Assembly: GCA_023246055.1 (NCBI GenBank)
Contig: JAHFJD010000001.1
Location: 2,781-66,780, forward strand
Reading direction: 5' to 3'
Source: Candidatus Doudnabacteria bacterium
GTDB taxonomy: Bacteria > Patescibacteriota > Doudnabacteria > UBA920 > 2-01-FULL-46-14
DNA length: 64,000 bases
Positions 34,881 to 44,502 of this stretch are shown one piece after another. A program made the translations under genes and the position numbers. The number at the start of each line of letters is the position of its first letter. The first letter of the stretch is position 1. The notes beneath the pieces were generated by a model. The model had not been told where the DNA came from. It saw only the letters and a list, made by a program, of their open reading frames with translations, and did no database searches.

Positions 34881-35744
34881 ATGTATTTCTATATTTTTGA
34901 CGCGGGTAAAGACCGGGAGGTGAAAAATTTTGAGCGGATCCAAGGCCGACTCCTAAATTTACTCGCCGAACACCATATTGAAGGTGAAACCTACCGGGTG
35001 ACCTCGATCCGGACAGTGGAGCTGCTCGTAGATCAGGCGATTGGCCTTGAGGCCAAAACCGTGATTGTGGTGGGCTCGGATAGCACACTTAATCGCACTA
35101 TCAATAGCCTTGTTCGGAAAAACGTGGATATAACAGTAGGTTTTATTTCGCTTGATTCGAGTTCGCGCTTGGGCCAGATTTTCGGCATTACCGCCGACAT
35201 TGACCAATCAGTGCGCTCTCTGGCCGGCCGGCTTGTGGCCGAGCTCGATATCGGGGAAATCAATGAGCATTATTTTTTATCCAAAGTGGAACTAGGGGAG
35301 AATCAATTTTCGCAAATTGAACGAGGTTTTTTGGGGCTTACCGCAATGCGAAAATTTTTAAACCTCAAGCCCTTTGTGCTAAATCTGCGCCTTGAGGATT
35401 CCTATAATGTTTCGACGGAGGTGTTGGCGGCGCAGATTATCAATTGCCGCAACAATGAGGGCTGCAAGATGAAGCTTGGCAACCCCACTGACCGGCTGCT
35501 CGATATTTTGCTTTTAAATAAATTATCAGCAACTCAGATCATTCGATACCGGCGCGATTTGGAGGGTAGGTGTTTTGATAACCTGCCTGGTGCGACTATC
35601 ATGCATGCTAAAAAGATAGAAGTCCTTGGCCCGCGCAAACTGCCCCTGGCCATTGAAGGACAGGTTTATACGAAAGCGCCGGCTATGGTCAAAATCGCGA
35701 AACAAAAAATCAAGATGATTGTCGGCAAACCCCGGCAGTTTTAG
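34881..35744 (+). CDS. DAGK_cat/YegS-like lipid kinase family protein
   Basis: 287 aa; ...KTVIVVGSDSTLNRTINSL... resembles diacylglycerol-kinase catalytic domain (GGDGT-like motif degenerate). Confidence 0.5.
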   Translation: MYFYIFDAGKDREVKNFERIQGRLLNLLAEHHIEGETYRVTSIRTVELLVDQAIGLEAKTVIVVGSDSTLNRTINSLVRKNVDITVGFISLDSSSRLGQIFGITADIDQSVRSLAGRLVAELDIGEINEHYFLSKVELGENQFSQIERGFLGLTAMRKFLNLKPFVLNLRLEDSYNVSTEVLAAQIINCRNNEGCKMKLGNPTDRLLDILLLNKLSATQIIRYRRDLEGRCFDNLPGATIMHAKKIEVLGPRKLPLAIEGQVYTKAPAMVKIAKQKIKMIVGKPRQF

Positions 35745-35821
35745 AACTTTTTTCCCTCAGGCCTCGCCAAGCGCAGCGGGACGGGCAGGCGTGGGGAGGG
35801 TTAGGGAGAGGTCGAATAACT

Positions 35822-35861
35822 TATAACTCACAGGCTTCACGGCCGTGAAGCCTGTGAGTTA
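35822..35861. repeat. 40-bp perfect palindrome ATAACTCACAGGCTTCACGGCCGTGAAGCCTGTGAGTTAT
   Basis: Seen directly in convergent intergenic region. Confidence 0.85.
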
Positions 35862-35872
35862 TGTTAAATTTA

Positions 35873-35917
35873 GCAACAAAAAAAACCGGGCGATGAGAAT
35901 GCTCTCGCCTCGGTTTT
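35873..35917. terminator. Bidirectional rho-independent terminator
   Basis: AAAAAAAACCGGGCGATGAGAATGCTCTCGCCTCGGTTTTT. Confidence 0.6.
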
Positions 35918-35919
35918 TA

Positions 35920-36555
35920 TCAGGGAGTGTATGAAACACCCAAACTCGCTGCCTGCAATTTCTTGCCGTAGTTGTATTCGACGAAAATTGCGGTTTTTTT
36001 GATGGGCAACATCATGCCAAGCGGCACGGTTTTGGTGATCCTCGGGGGCGTGAACAGCTTTGTTGTTTTGTCCGGTCCGAAAGGAGCTAGAAATGAATAT
36101 CCAGAGTAAAACGTGAATGGCTTCTCTGCGATTTTCAGATTCTTGCTCACGATCGTGGAATTGAACCATAGCAGGTTCGAGGAATCTTCGCGTTTGGTCA
36201 GGCCGGTCGTGAAAAGGTTGAAGTTCGAAACCGCAACTCCACGATTCCACAGATTCACATTCGCGCCGACCGTGGCATTGATTTGCGACCGGCCAAACGC
36301 TGTGATAATACCAGCGCCCGCGTAAAGATCCACTCGACTGCCAACGCCGTACAAAATCTGCGTGTAGCCATAGTGCAGGGTAGTAAAGTCGTTCGCGATC
36401 AAGCCATTCGTGGCAACGAAAAAGGCAATTTTATCTTTGCCAATGGTTTCCGCTGTGGTGAGTGTTTGACCGAAGGCAGTGCATTTGCTCGACAGAATCA
36501 TCGTGAAGCCCATGGCGCTGACAAGCAAAAAGAAGTTTTTCCAAGTCCTTTGCAT
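35920..36555 (-). CDS. Hypothetical secreted protein (possible beta-barrel)
   Basis: 211 aa; signal-like N-terminus; alternating hydrophobic pattern; C-terminal aromatic. Confidence 0.45.
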   Translation of the reverse strand: MQRTWKNFFLLVSAMGFTMILSSKCTAFGQTLTTAETIGKDKIAFFVATNGLIANDFTTLHYGYTQILYGVGSRVDLYAGAGIITAFGRSQINATVGANVNLWNRGVAVSNFNLFTTGLTKREDSSNLLWFNSTIVSKNLKIAEKPFTFYSGYSFLAPFGPDKTTKLFTPPRITKTVPLGMMLPIKKTAIFVEYNYGKKLQAASLGVSYTP

Positions 36556-36589
36556 ATTTCCTCCATATTAGTTTTTGTTCAGTTCCTTT

Positions 36590-36619
36590 CAGACAACATT
36601 CACTGTTGAATATTGTCTG
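36590..36619. promoter_or_regulatory. 30-bp near-perfect palindrome (operator-like) upstream of 35920-36555 gene
   Basis: CAGACAACATTCACTGTTGAATATTGTCTG, 35-65 bp upstream of start codon. Confidence 0.4.
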
Positions 36620-36662
36620 GAAAAAATTCCCGTCTATTGTGTCCCGACGGGGAGGGAGATTG

Positions 36663-36914
36663 TCAGTCCTCCTCATATAGCACTAATTTTGGATGGTCAT
36701 GAATAAGCCGATTAAGCCTCTCAATTACCGCAGCTTTTTGATCGTCTTCTACATCGTCCACACAAAATACGGCTTCAACTACATCCTCGCCGCCCGCATA
36801 TCCAAGCTCGCCCAGTAGTAAGAAGAATTCCTTTTCAATTGCGTTCACCTCCGGCGCTTCGCCCATGGTAAAAAAGTCGTTATTCGCTGGTCTAAAACGC
36901 AAACAAATTTTCAT
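36663..36914 (-). CDS. Hypothetical small acidic protein
   Basis: 83 aa from MKICLRF with GGAGGA RBS; ORF table version extends upstream. Confidence 0.4.
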   Translation of the reverse strand: MKICLRFRPANNDFFTMGEAPEVNAIEKEFFLLLGELGYAGGEDVVEAVFCVDDVEDDQKAAVIERLNRLIHDHPKLVLYEED

Positions 36915-37085
36915 AATCCTCCAATTTGGTTCGATATTAGCCGGAGACATTTCCAGCGTAACGAGGAAGAATAGCATTATTTTTGTAGAATGTCCATGAT
37001 TATGACTTTTAAAATTGATAATTTGTGCCTTATTTAAGAGAAAATAGATTGATAGAATAATATTTGTCAGAAAAATTGACAAAAT

Positions 37086-37886
37086 ATGGAATTCAGATAT
37101 TCTGCAAATATGGATATATTAGAAGCTTTAGAAAAGATTGGATTAAAAGATAAACAGGCGGGAGTATATCTTGCTCTTTTAGAGCTGGGGACAGCAAGTG
37201 TGGAGTCTATAGCCAAAAAGGCAGGGACCAAACGGCCAACAACATATTTGATTCTCGATGAGTTGCAGAGTCGCGGACTCGTGAGCATTGTGCCGCGTGC
37301 GAAAAAGACCCTATATTCTGCCGAATCTCCTCAATTGATTTTGAGTGAGATCGGCCACAGGGAGGAGTTGCTAAAACGTTTTATGCCGAATCTGCTCGCT
37401 GTTTACAATACTCGAAAAGAAAAACCCCAAGTATTATTGTTTGAAGGCAAAGAGGGGGTGGGACAAGTGTATGACAAGATTTTTTCTTCTCCAGAGGTGC
37501 AGTTTTTTTCCACGATTCGGGACGTGTTTGTGATGTTTCCGGAGATGTCGAAACTTTTGAGCAGTTTGGTAAACGCGAAACAAATAAAAATTAGAGAAAT
37601 TTTAACTCAAACCCCGGCAGATTTGGAATACATCGGTAGGACGAAGCAAGGAGAACATTATCAAAGTCGACTAGCGCCAAAAAAATTTCCAGAATTTTTA
37701 TCTGACAGCGCCATTTTTGGTAATAGTGTGGCATTTTTTTCTTTCAAGCCCCAGGTTTTTGCCGTGCAAATAGACAGCAGGGAAATCAGCCAATCACTGA
37801 GAGTATTGTTTGATTTGGCGTGGTTGGCTGCAGAGCCTTATGAAAAAGTAATCCACTTGGCAAAGGGCCGAGAATCTGTAAAATAG
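37086..37886 (+). CDS. TrmB-family transcriptional regulator (second paralogue)
   Basis: MDILEALEKIGLKDKQAGVYLALLELGTASVESIAKKAG HTH + TrmB C-terminal domain. Confidence 0.7.
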   Translation: MEFRYSANMDILEALEKIGLKDKQAGVYLALLELGTASVESIAKKAGTKRPTTYLILDELQSRGLVSIVPRAKKTLYSAESPQLILSEIGHREELLKRFMPNLLAVYNTRKEKPQVLLFEGKEGVGQVYDKIFSSPEVQFFSTIRDVFVMFPEMSKLLSSLVNAKQIKIREILTQTPADLEYIGRTKQGEHYQSRLAPKKFPEFLSDSAIFGNSVAFFSFKPQVFAVQIDSREISQSLRVLFDLAWLAAEPYEKVIHLAKGRESVK

Positions 37887-37911
37887 GGAATTAGAAAGCT
37901 TCGCGGAGGAA

Positions 37912-38364
37912 TTGATGAACAGGAATCTAGTTGCCATGCGGCAATGGCCGCAGCGGATTCGCAAAGAGGCGAGTCAGGATTGGCTATGGAAAGCAACAGA
38001 AGCCCGATTCAAATTTGTGATCGGGTTGTCGTTGAGTTTGATGGCGTCATTCATTTTGTCAACTCTGCCTCAAAGGTGGGTGACATATACGATAGTTTTT
38101 GGCGGCGGCATACTCGTGGGCATTGTCCTAAGGGAAAAGCGGACCTGGTTTGTGCTAGGTGCCATTGTCGGCAGTGTCGATTTGCTTTTGGCAAGCCGAT
38201 TTGTTCTATCGTTATTGTACGTCGTAGGTTTGGTTTTTGCGACCAATGTTGTGGGTTTTGGCACGAGGTATCTCCGAATATTAATGTGCACTCACGATTT
38301 TCATGTCAATAAACGTCTGCCATACCGCAATGCCCTATCCCTAGCACGCACTTTGACGCACTGA
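37912..38364 (+). CDS. Hypothetical membrane protein
   Basis: 150 aa; 3-4 TM helices. Confidence 0.4.
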   Translation: MMNRNLVAMRQWPQRIRKEASQDWLWKATEARFKFVIGLSLSLMASFILSTLPQRWVTYTIVFGGGILVGIVLREKRTWFVLGAIVGSVDLLLASRFVLSLLYVVGLVFATNVVGFGTRYLRILMCTHDFHVNKRLPYRNALSLARTLTH

Positions 38365-38479
38365 AATGACCATAAGGATTCCTAAATGTGATGAAGACGG
38401 CAGGTCTTGGGATCAGCCGTCTTTTTATGGGCTGCCAGTTGCAAAAATTGAAAGAAAATGACATAATAGGTTCTAACTT

Positions 38480-40477
38480 ATGGATTTAAGTACTTTATCC
38501 CAGCAGCTGAATATGTCAGTGCAGGAACTGCGCGCGAAGATGCGAGTGGCCGGATTTCGTGTGTCGCTGAAAGCACGCAAGGTGGAGAACAGTCTCGCAA
38601 GAGATATTTACAAGAAGCTTTCCGGGGTTGTGCCAGAGGCAGAGCCGAAAGCAGTCAAAATCACAAAGATTAGTGTGCCGCCGTTTATTACGGTCAAAGA
38701 ATTGGCAGAAAAATTGCATGAGCCTGTCACTGCGGTGATCAAAAAACTCATTCAGAATGGAGTGATGGCGACAATCAACGAGGAGATAGATACAGAAACC
38801 GCTGCCATCATCGCGGCAGAGTATGGAGTTGAGGTCGAAGCAGAACAAGCCAGTGGAGAGAGCGTGAAACTGGGCCTTGGTTATGTATCTGAACAAATGG
38901 GCCGGGAAAACGCGACAGATCTCGAGACTCGCCCGCCGATTGTGGCTGTGATGGGACATGTTGATCATGGCAAGACCACTTTGCTTGATACTATCCGCAA
39001 AACCAAAGTGGCAGCCTCGGAAGCCGGTGCTATTACTCAGCACATTGGTGCGTATCAAATTGAGGTTCCGCAGGAACCGAAATCCCGAGGAGGCGGAGCC
39101 GAGCTCGGGATCCCCGCCTCCGCTGGGGATGATTTTACTGGACGTAAAATCACCTTTCTTGACACTCCGGGCCACGAAGCTTTTGCAGCAATGCGAGCTC
39201 GCGGCGCTAATGTCACAGACATCATTGTTCTAGTCGTGGCGGCAGACGATAGCGTGAAGCCGCAAACTTTGGAGGTTATCAATCGAGCCAAGCTGACCAA
39301 AACGCCAATGATAGTGGCGATCAACAAAGTTGACAAACCAGAAGCCAATCCGGAGCGAGTGAAAGCGGATTTGGTAAATCTCGGAGTAACCATCGAGGAG
39401 TGGGGTGGCGGAACGCCGGCTGTGAATATTTCTGCAAAAACCGGACTCGGCATTGAAAAACTTTTGGAAACTATTCTGCTGGTCGCAGAGGTTGAAGAAC
39501 TCAAAGCCAATCCCAAAGGCCAGACCCTGGGGACAGTAATCGAATCGCATCTGTCCAAAGGACAGGGGGCGGTGGCCACAGTCATCGTGCAAAACGGAAT
39601 TTTGCGAAATGGCGACAACGTGATGGTGGGGAGCACTCACGGCCGGGTAAGGAGCATGGAAGATGCAGCCGGTAAAAGGGTGAAAGAGGCCGGGCCAGCT
39701 CTGCCTGTGGTTATTTCTGGACTCTCAGACCTACCCGAAGTCGGCGATATTTTGCGCGTGGCCCTGACACTCGAAGAGGCCAGAGCTGAAGCCATTGCGC
39801 TCGCGAAACTCGAGCGCGCCAAGCGGCTCTTGAGCCGCAGCGAGCTCAAACCTGATCCATCGACGCGCGAGCTCAAGCTCATCTTGCGTGCTGACATGGC
39901 AGGCAGTCTCGGGGCGATTACTGATGCTCTGGGGAAGCTTGGCACAGAAGAGGTGAAGGTGAATATTGTTGACCAGAAAGTGTCCGAGATTACAGAATCA
40001 GACATTCTCCTCGCGGAAAATACTGGGTCGCCGATCATCGGATTTCACACGAGGTTTACTCCGGGAGCCGCGAAACTAGCCAAGCAGAAAAATATCACAG
40101 TGGATATCTATGAAGTGATCTATGAACTCATTGAGGACGTGACATCAGCCCTTCTCCGGATGATGCCCATGGTGATTGTGGAAACAGTTTTGGGCAAGGC
40201 CAAAATCAAGGCCGTGTTCCGGACCGAAAAAGACGGTGGCATAGTCGGTGGCGAGGTGGCTGATGGCAAGATTGTAGACAAGAAAAAATTCCGCATCATG
40301 CGCGAGCAGCAATTGGTTGGCGAGGGGAAAATCGAAGAGCTGCAGCAGAACAAGGTCGAAGTCGGAGAGGTGGCTGTCGGTCGGGAATTTGGCCTGAAGA
40401 TTCGGTCAACAGTCCCCGTTAAGAGCGGTGATGTGCTGGAAATTTACGATGAGAGTGTGAAAAAGAAAGGCACGTAG
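38480..40477 (+). CDS. infB: Translation initiation factor IF-2
   Basis: 665 aa; GTPase G1-G4 motifs (GHVDHGKTT, DTPGH, NKVD), IF-2 C-terminal domains. Confidence 0.95.
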   Translation: MDLSTLSQQLNMSVQELRAKMRVAGFRVSLKARKVENSLARDIYKKLSGVVPEAEPKAVKITKISVPPFITVKELAEKLHEPVTAVIKKLIQNGVMATINEEIDTETAAIIAAEYGVEVEAEQASGESVKLGLGYVSEQMGRENATDLETRPPIVAVMGHVDHGKTTLLDTIRKTKVAASEAGAITQHIGAYQIEVPQEPKSRGGGAELGIPASAGDDFTGRKITFLDTPGHEAFAAMRARGANVTDIIVLVVAADDSVKPQTLEVINRAKLTKTPMIVAINKVDKPEANPERVKADLVNLGVTIEEWGGGTPAVNISAKTGLGIEKLLETILLVAEVEELKANPKGQTLGTVIESHLSKGQGAVATVIVQNGILRNGDNVMVGSTHGRVRSMEDAAGKRVKEAGPALPVVISGLSDLPEVGDILRVALTLEEARAEAIALAKLERAKRLLSRSELKPDPSTRELKLILRADMAGSLGAITDALGKLGTEEVKVNIVDQKVSEITESDILLAENTGSPIIGFHTRFTPGAAKLAKQKNITVDIYEVIYELIEDVTSALLRMMPMVIVETVLGKAKIKAVFRTEKDGGIVGGEVADGKIVDKKKFRIMREQQLVGEGKIEELQQNKVEVGEVAVGREFGLKIRSTVPVKSGDVLEIYDESVKKKGT

Positions 40478-40561
40478 CGATCCCAATCTACGAATGACAT
40501 ACTAATGATACGAATGCATTCGAAACATTGGAATGAAGATTAGAGTCATTAGAATCGCCAC

Positions 40562-40912
40562 ATGAGCACACGACAAGAGAAGGTCAATTCATTGATCCAG
40601 CGGCTGGTCAGTGAGTATCTGGTAGCCGAGCGTTTTGAAGGCATCACCGGACTTTTAACTATCACTGCCGTGGGTGTGTCCGCGGATTTGGAACATGCCA
40701 AAATATTTTTTTCCAGCCTCGGGCAAGATCAAACAGAGGTTTTGAAAATTTTGCGTGAGCATATCTACGAGATTCAAGGCATGCTTTATAATCATCTGCA
40801 GATGAAAAAAATTCCGCGCATTGTTTTTGTGCCTGACTCCTCTGGAGCACATGCTGGGAGGATTAATCAGATTTTAAATGAATTGGCCGATGACCATACC
40901 GGTGCGCAGTGA
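40562..40912 (+). CDS. rbfA: Ribosome-binding factor A
   Basis: 116 aa; RbfA KH-like fold; canonical position after infB. Confidence 0.85.
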   Translation: MSTRQEKVNSLIQRLVSEYLVAERFEGITGLLTITAVGVSADLEHAKIFFSSLGQDQTEVLKILREHIYEIQGMLYNHLQMKKIPRIVFVPDSSGAHAGRINQILNELADDHTGAQ

Positions 40913-41864
40913 TTTGCAAAAACAGTTTGCAGCCGCCAGGGAGCTTGTGAGGGGTTACCTGCGGTTTATTGTGATTTCTCATGAATATACGGATGGGGAT
41001 GATTTGGGATCCCTACTCGCTCTGGCTCGGGTTCTAGAAGCTGAGGGCAAAGTGGTGGCCAGAGTGGCTTTTGGCGGGATGCCGGAAAATCTGCTGTTTA
41101 TGCCGGGGCACAGTGAGTTGCAAAGCGCGTTGCCTCATGATTTTCAAGAGTATGATTGTTTGATTACATTGGGCTGCGGGAAACTCGATCGCGCGGGTTT
41201 TCCGGCCTTGCAGAACTGGTCCAAGCCAATTTTGAATATTGATCACCACCATGACACTCAAATGTTTGGCACGGTGAATGTCTGGGATGAAAAACGGGCG
41301 GCCAATTGTGAGCTTGTGTACGTGATGCTCAAAGATTGGGGAGTGGCGATAGATAAAGTTGTTGCCCTGAATTTGCTCACCGGAATCTTCACAGACACGG
41401 GCGGTTTCAGACATGCCAATGTCACGAGCGATACTCTGGAAATCGCTGCGGAATTGTTGCGTCGCGGGGCGCGGCTGGATCTCATTTCGCGTTTTACAAT
41501 GTCTCGCAAGGATTTGCCAAAACTGCGGGTTTGGGCCATGGCCCTCGAACACGCGCGTTTCGACGAGAAGCGCAAGGTTGTATATACTGTAGTTACGGCA
41601 GAAGATTTGGAAAAAGCCGGAGCCAGAGAAGAGGACCTTGAGGGTGTGGCCGAGCTTCTGAACACCATCCCGGAAGCGAAATTTTCTATGCTCTTAAAGC
41701 AGCGGGGGGGTGAGGTAAAAGGGAGCTTGAGATCAGAGCCGCATAAAGGTGTGGATGTCTCCGAGATCGCGAGATCTTTTGGCGGCGGCGGTCACAAACT
41801 CGCCGCGGGATTCAAATTTGACGGGACGATCGAAAAGACTGAATCAGGTTGGCGAATCTCCTAG
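40878..41864 (+). CDS. DHH/DHHA1 phosphoesterase (NrnA-like nanoRNase/pAp phosphatase)
   Basis: ISHEYTDGDDLGS, NIDHHHD, GGGGHKLAAG (DHHA1) motifs. Confidence 0.8.
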   Translation: MNWPMTIPVRSDLQKQFAAARELVRGYLRFIVISHEYTDGDDLGSLLALARVLEAEGKVVARVAFGGMPENLLFMPGHSELQSALPHDFQEYDCLITLGCGKLDRAGFPALQNWSKPILNIDHHHDTQMFGTVNVWDEKRAANCELVYVMLKDWGVAIDKVVALNLLTGIFTDTGGFRHANVTSDTLEIAAELLRRGARLDLISRFTMSRKDLPKLRVWAMALEHARFDEKRKVVYTVVTAEDLEKAGAREEDLEGVAELLNTIPEAKFSMLLKQRGGEVKGSLRSEPHKGVDVSEIARSFGGGGHKLAAGFKFDGTIEKTESGWRIS

Positions 41865-41947
41865 TACTACGAACTACGAATTTTTACGAAAGTACGAAAG
41901 GAGACAAGGTTTTTTTGTAATTTCGTATTTATTAGTAATTTCGTAGT
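41865..41947. repeat. TACGAA-rich element (family 3), copy B, ends at ATG 41948
   Basis: tactacgaactacgaatttttacgaaagtacgaaagg...taatttcgtagt; first 37 nt match copy C. Confidence 0.7.
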
Positions 41948-42451
41948 ATGACGACTGTCAAAGACATCATGACTAAAAATGTAATCTTCTGCACACCGTA
42001 TGATTCCATCCGAGATGCAGCGCGGTTGATGTTTTTAAATGCGCTGACCGGCCTGCCAGTAGTTGATGAAGAGAGCAAGGTCATGGGTATCATCACCGAG
42101 GTTGACATTGTGAAGCTTGAGGAGCCAGTGCATATCCCGAAAATGCTAGCTATCCTCGGTAGTTTCGTGTATTTGGACAATCCGATAAACGGTGATGAGA
42201 TTGAAAAACAGCTAGAGGTTTTAACAGCCACCAAGGTGAACGAAGTGATGACCACTGACGTGGTTAGTGTTGGGCCGGATGATTCGGTTGAAACTCTAGC
42301 GGAAATTTTTTTGCACAAAAAAGTCAATCCCGTTCCGGTGGTGGAGGCTGGCAAACTCGTTGGCATCGTGAGCCGCGCTGACATTGTGAAACTCATTGCC
42401 GGTGACAAGGAATTGGCAAGACAAGAATGGAAAGCGCTCGTGAAGAAATAA
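41948..42451 (+). CDS. CBS-domain pair protein
   Basis: 167 aa; two CBS motifs (VVDEESKVMGIITEVDIV; PVVEAGKLVGIVSRADIV). Confidence 0.8.
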   Translation: MTTVKDIMTKNVIFCTPYDSIRDAARLMFLNALTGLPVVDEESKVMGIITEVDIVKLEEPVHIPKMLAILGSFVYLDNPINGDEIEKQLEVLTATKVNEVMTTDVVSVGPDDSVETLAEIFLHKKVNPVPVVEAGKLVGIVSRADIVKLIAGDKELARQEWKALVKK

Positions 42452-42471
42452 TCGCAACCGCTCTCGCAAAC

Positions 42472-42505
42472 AAAAAATCCCGATCAGTTTGGGATTTTTT
42501 GTTTG
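42472..42505. terminator. Bidirectional rho-independent terminator
   Basis: AAAAAATCCCGATCAGTTTGGGATTTTTTG. Confidence 0.6.
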
Positions 42506-42509
42506 GGCT

Positions 42510-43235
42510 TTATTTACTTATATCTTCTGCAATCTTCCACCTCTGTTCAAATAACTCATCCATAAACGTTGCAAACGGCGCGTAATCAAATCTCATACCA
42601 ATGGCTTCTTCCTTATGTTTCGGATCGTAGGAGGTAAAATAAACTATACGGTGATCATACACAAAAATTCGCGCTTCCATATTGGGATAGTATTTCACCT
42701 CAATGCCCGCCTTTTCCCAACTGCGCAATTTTTCCACACTCACTTCTGTTCGATTTTGAACCAACCACCTCACTTTGACACCTCGTTCTACGGCTCGTTG
42801 GTTTACCAAAAGAGTTTCAGCAGGTAGCTCCAGTCCAGAGACAATCAAGTTTATGCTTTCTTTGGCAGTCTTGGCATCTTGTTCCGTCATTTTTATAATC
42901 TGCTTTCTTTTCTGTACAAAAACCAGTTTTAGTAAATCGCGATGATTTGTAACCTTTCTTTCACTTCCAAAAGTGTCTTGAAAGTTTTGTCGGATGAGGG
43001 AAGAAAAAAAATCTACTCCTTCAGAGGCAGACCTGGCTTTAAACTTTATAGGGTAACTACGCACCTCTTCGACTAGTCCAGCTTGCATCAATTGTTTTAC
43101 TGCTCTGTATGCTGCATTAGGAAAAACCCGCAGGTCTTTACCAATTTCTTTTGCAGACATTGATCGGCCCTTCTCCAGCAGACGATATATGCTGGCCGCT
43201 TGCGGTGAGATTAATTTCAACAATAGATTAGTCAT
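42510..43235 (-). CDS. TrmB-like HTH regulator (third paralogue)
   Basis: N-terminal wHTH AASIYRLLEKGRSMSAKEIGKDL...LMQAGLVEE; C-terminal TrmB-like domain. Confidence 0.55.
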   Translation of the reverse strand: MTNLLLKLISPQAASIYRLLEKGRSMSAKEIGKDLRVFPNAAYRAVKQLMQAGLVEEVRSYPIKFKARSASEGVDFFSSLIRQNFQDTFGSERKVTNHRDLLKLVFVQKRKQIIKMTEQDAKTAKESINLIVSGLELPAETLLVNQRAVERGVKVRWLVQNRTEVSVEKLRSWEKAGIEVKYYPNMEARIFVYDHRIVYFTSYDPKHKEEAIGMRFDYAPFATFMDELFEQRWKIAEDISK

Positions 43236-43310
43236 AAATTGATTTTAACGTACTTTGGTTAAAATAGCAAGTCTGATATTTTTAACCGTTCCAATTGAAA
43301 AGGAGGACAA

Positions 43311-43973
43311 ATGTTAAAACAGCTAGGGGTCAGCATATTCCTGCTCTTTTTTGTTTCCACACCATCTCACGCCCAAGGCGTAAAAATGGGTAAAATCACC
43401 TTGACCGGAGAAGTCGAGTTTACGCAAGATCAAAAAGGTCGCCAGACTTATGATCTTTATATGTTCGGCCACACTCGCAATATCGAGTTTCTGGGACGTG
43501 CAACAGACGTAGAAAATAGCATCCGTCGCATGGAGCTTTCGCTTGGCAAGAGCTTCGCGCTGTTTCCCAACCAAGACAAGAAGCCGCGGATTGTGATAAT
43601 CGGATACGCTGGCCTGACCACTGATGGAGCAATCTACACGCCCGTCGTTGTGGTATTTAACTTCCGCTGTCTGAATGGAGCTTATATTGCTGACCCTAAG
43701 TTTTACTACTACCACGGGCAGCCGGAGTATCTCCACAGCAATACGCTTTATCAAAAAAGCTATATAGACTTAACAAAGGGTGGCGGATGGCAATTTCGGT
43801 GGGAGCGATTGCAAGCTGTAGGAAACCTGACAATCTTTAACCGCTTCGGAATTGAGCGCCGCATCTGGGTTAGAAATGAGACCCTAGGAAAAAATAGCCA
43901 CTTTCATATCTCCCCATTCGTGGATACGGCAAACAAGCAGGTTGGGTTCTATACCGGCTTCCGATGGCAATAG
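43311..43973 (+). CDS. Hypothetical secreted protein
   Basis: 220 aa; signal peptide ending HAQG; aromatic C-terminus (FRWQ). Confidence 0.45.
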   Translation: MLKQLGVSIFLLFFVSTPSHAQGVKMGKITLTGEVEFTQDQKGRQTYDLYMFGHTRNIEFLGRATDVENSIRRMELSLGKSFALFPNQDKKPRIVIIGYAGLTTDGAIYTPVVVVFNFRCLNGAYIADPKFYYYHGQPEYLHSNTLYQKSYIDLTKGGGWQFRWERLQAVGNLTIFNRFGIERRIWVRNETLGKNSHFHISPFVDTANKQVGFYTGFRWQ

Positions 43974-44154
43974 AACAAAGCGCACGCCCCACCTAACCAG
44001 TGGGACACGGCGCTTTCTTTTTTTATCCGAAATTTTGCTCAGGCTTCGGCGCGTAGCCGGCGCGTAGCCTTCGCATTTAATTATTTTTATTTTAATCCAA
44101 TCTTCGGCAAACCTGCTTCTGGCGTAAGCCAGCCGTAGCCTTGGCGAAGGCTGG

Positions 44155-44225
44155 AGCGGGTAACGGGAATTGAACCCGTTTCTCTACCTTGGCAAGGTAG
44201 CATAATACCGTTATACGATACCCGC
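44155..44225 (-). tRNA. tRNA-Gly (anticodon GCC), U73 discriminator, CCA encoded
   Basis: GCGGGTATCGTATAACGGTATTATGCTACCTTGCCAAGGTAGAGAAACGGGTTCAATTCCCGTTACCCGCT(CCA). Confidence 0.85.
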
Positions 44226-44250
44226 ATGATGGAATTTAAGAGAAAAACTC

Positions 44251-44501
44251 TCAATCATGGAGGCCGAGTCGTTGCGTGTCTTTTTCGGTCCACCTGGCTT
44301 GCGTTTCTATCATGCTCTTTAGGGTTTTGGGCGGAAATGTGTCAGCCAAGTGGTGAAAAGAAACAGTGACCTGCCTACCATCGGAATGTTTGTATAAGGG
44401 TGACTGCCTTTTTGTCTTTTAAGAAGAAACCCGTCCTGTTGTAGGGCGCGGACAAGCTTGCGAGTATTGAGATTACGGAGTCTGACATAATCAATGCCCA
44501 T
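44251..44501 (-). pseudogene. hicA: HicA toxin gene disrupted by a -1 frameshift in a C/G run near 44398-44405
   Basis: Frame 1: MGIDYVRLRNLNTRKLVRALQQDGFLLKRQKGSH then nonsense; frame shifted by one continues ...LYKHSDGRQVTVSFHHLADTFPPKTLKSMIETQARW, matching HicA C-terminus. Confidence 0.6.
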
Positions 44502-44502
44502 T

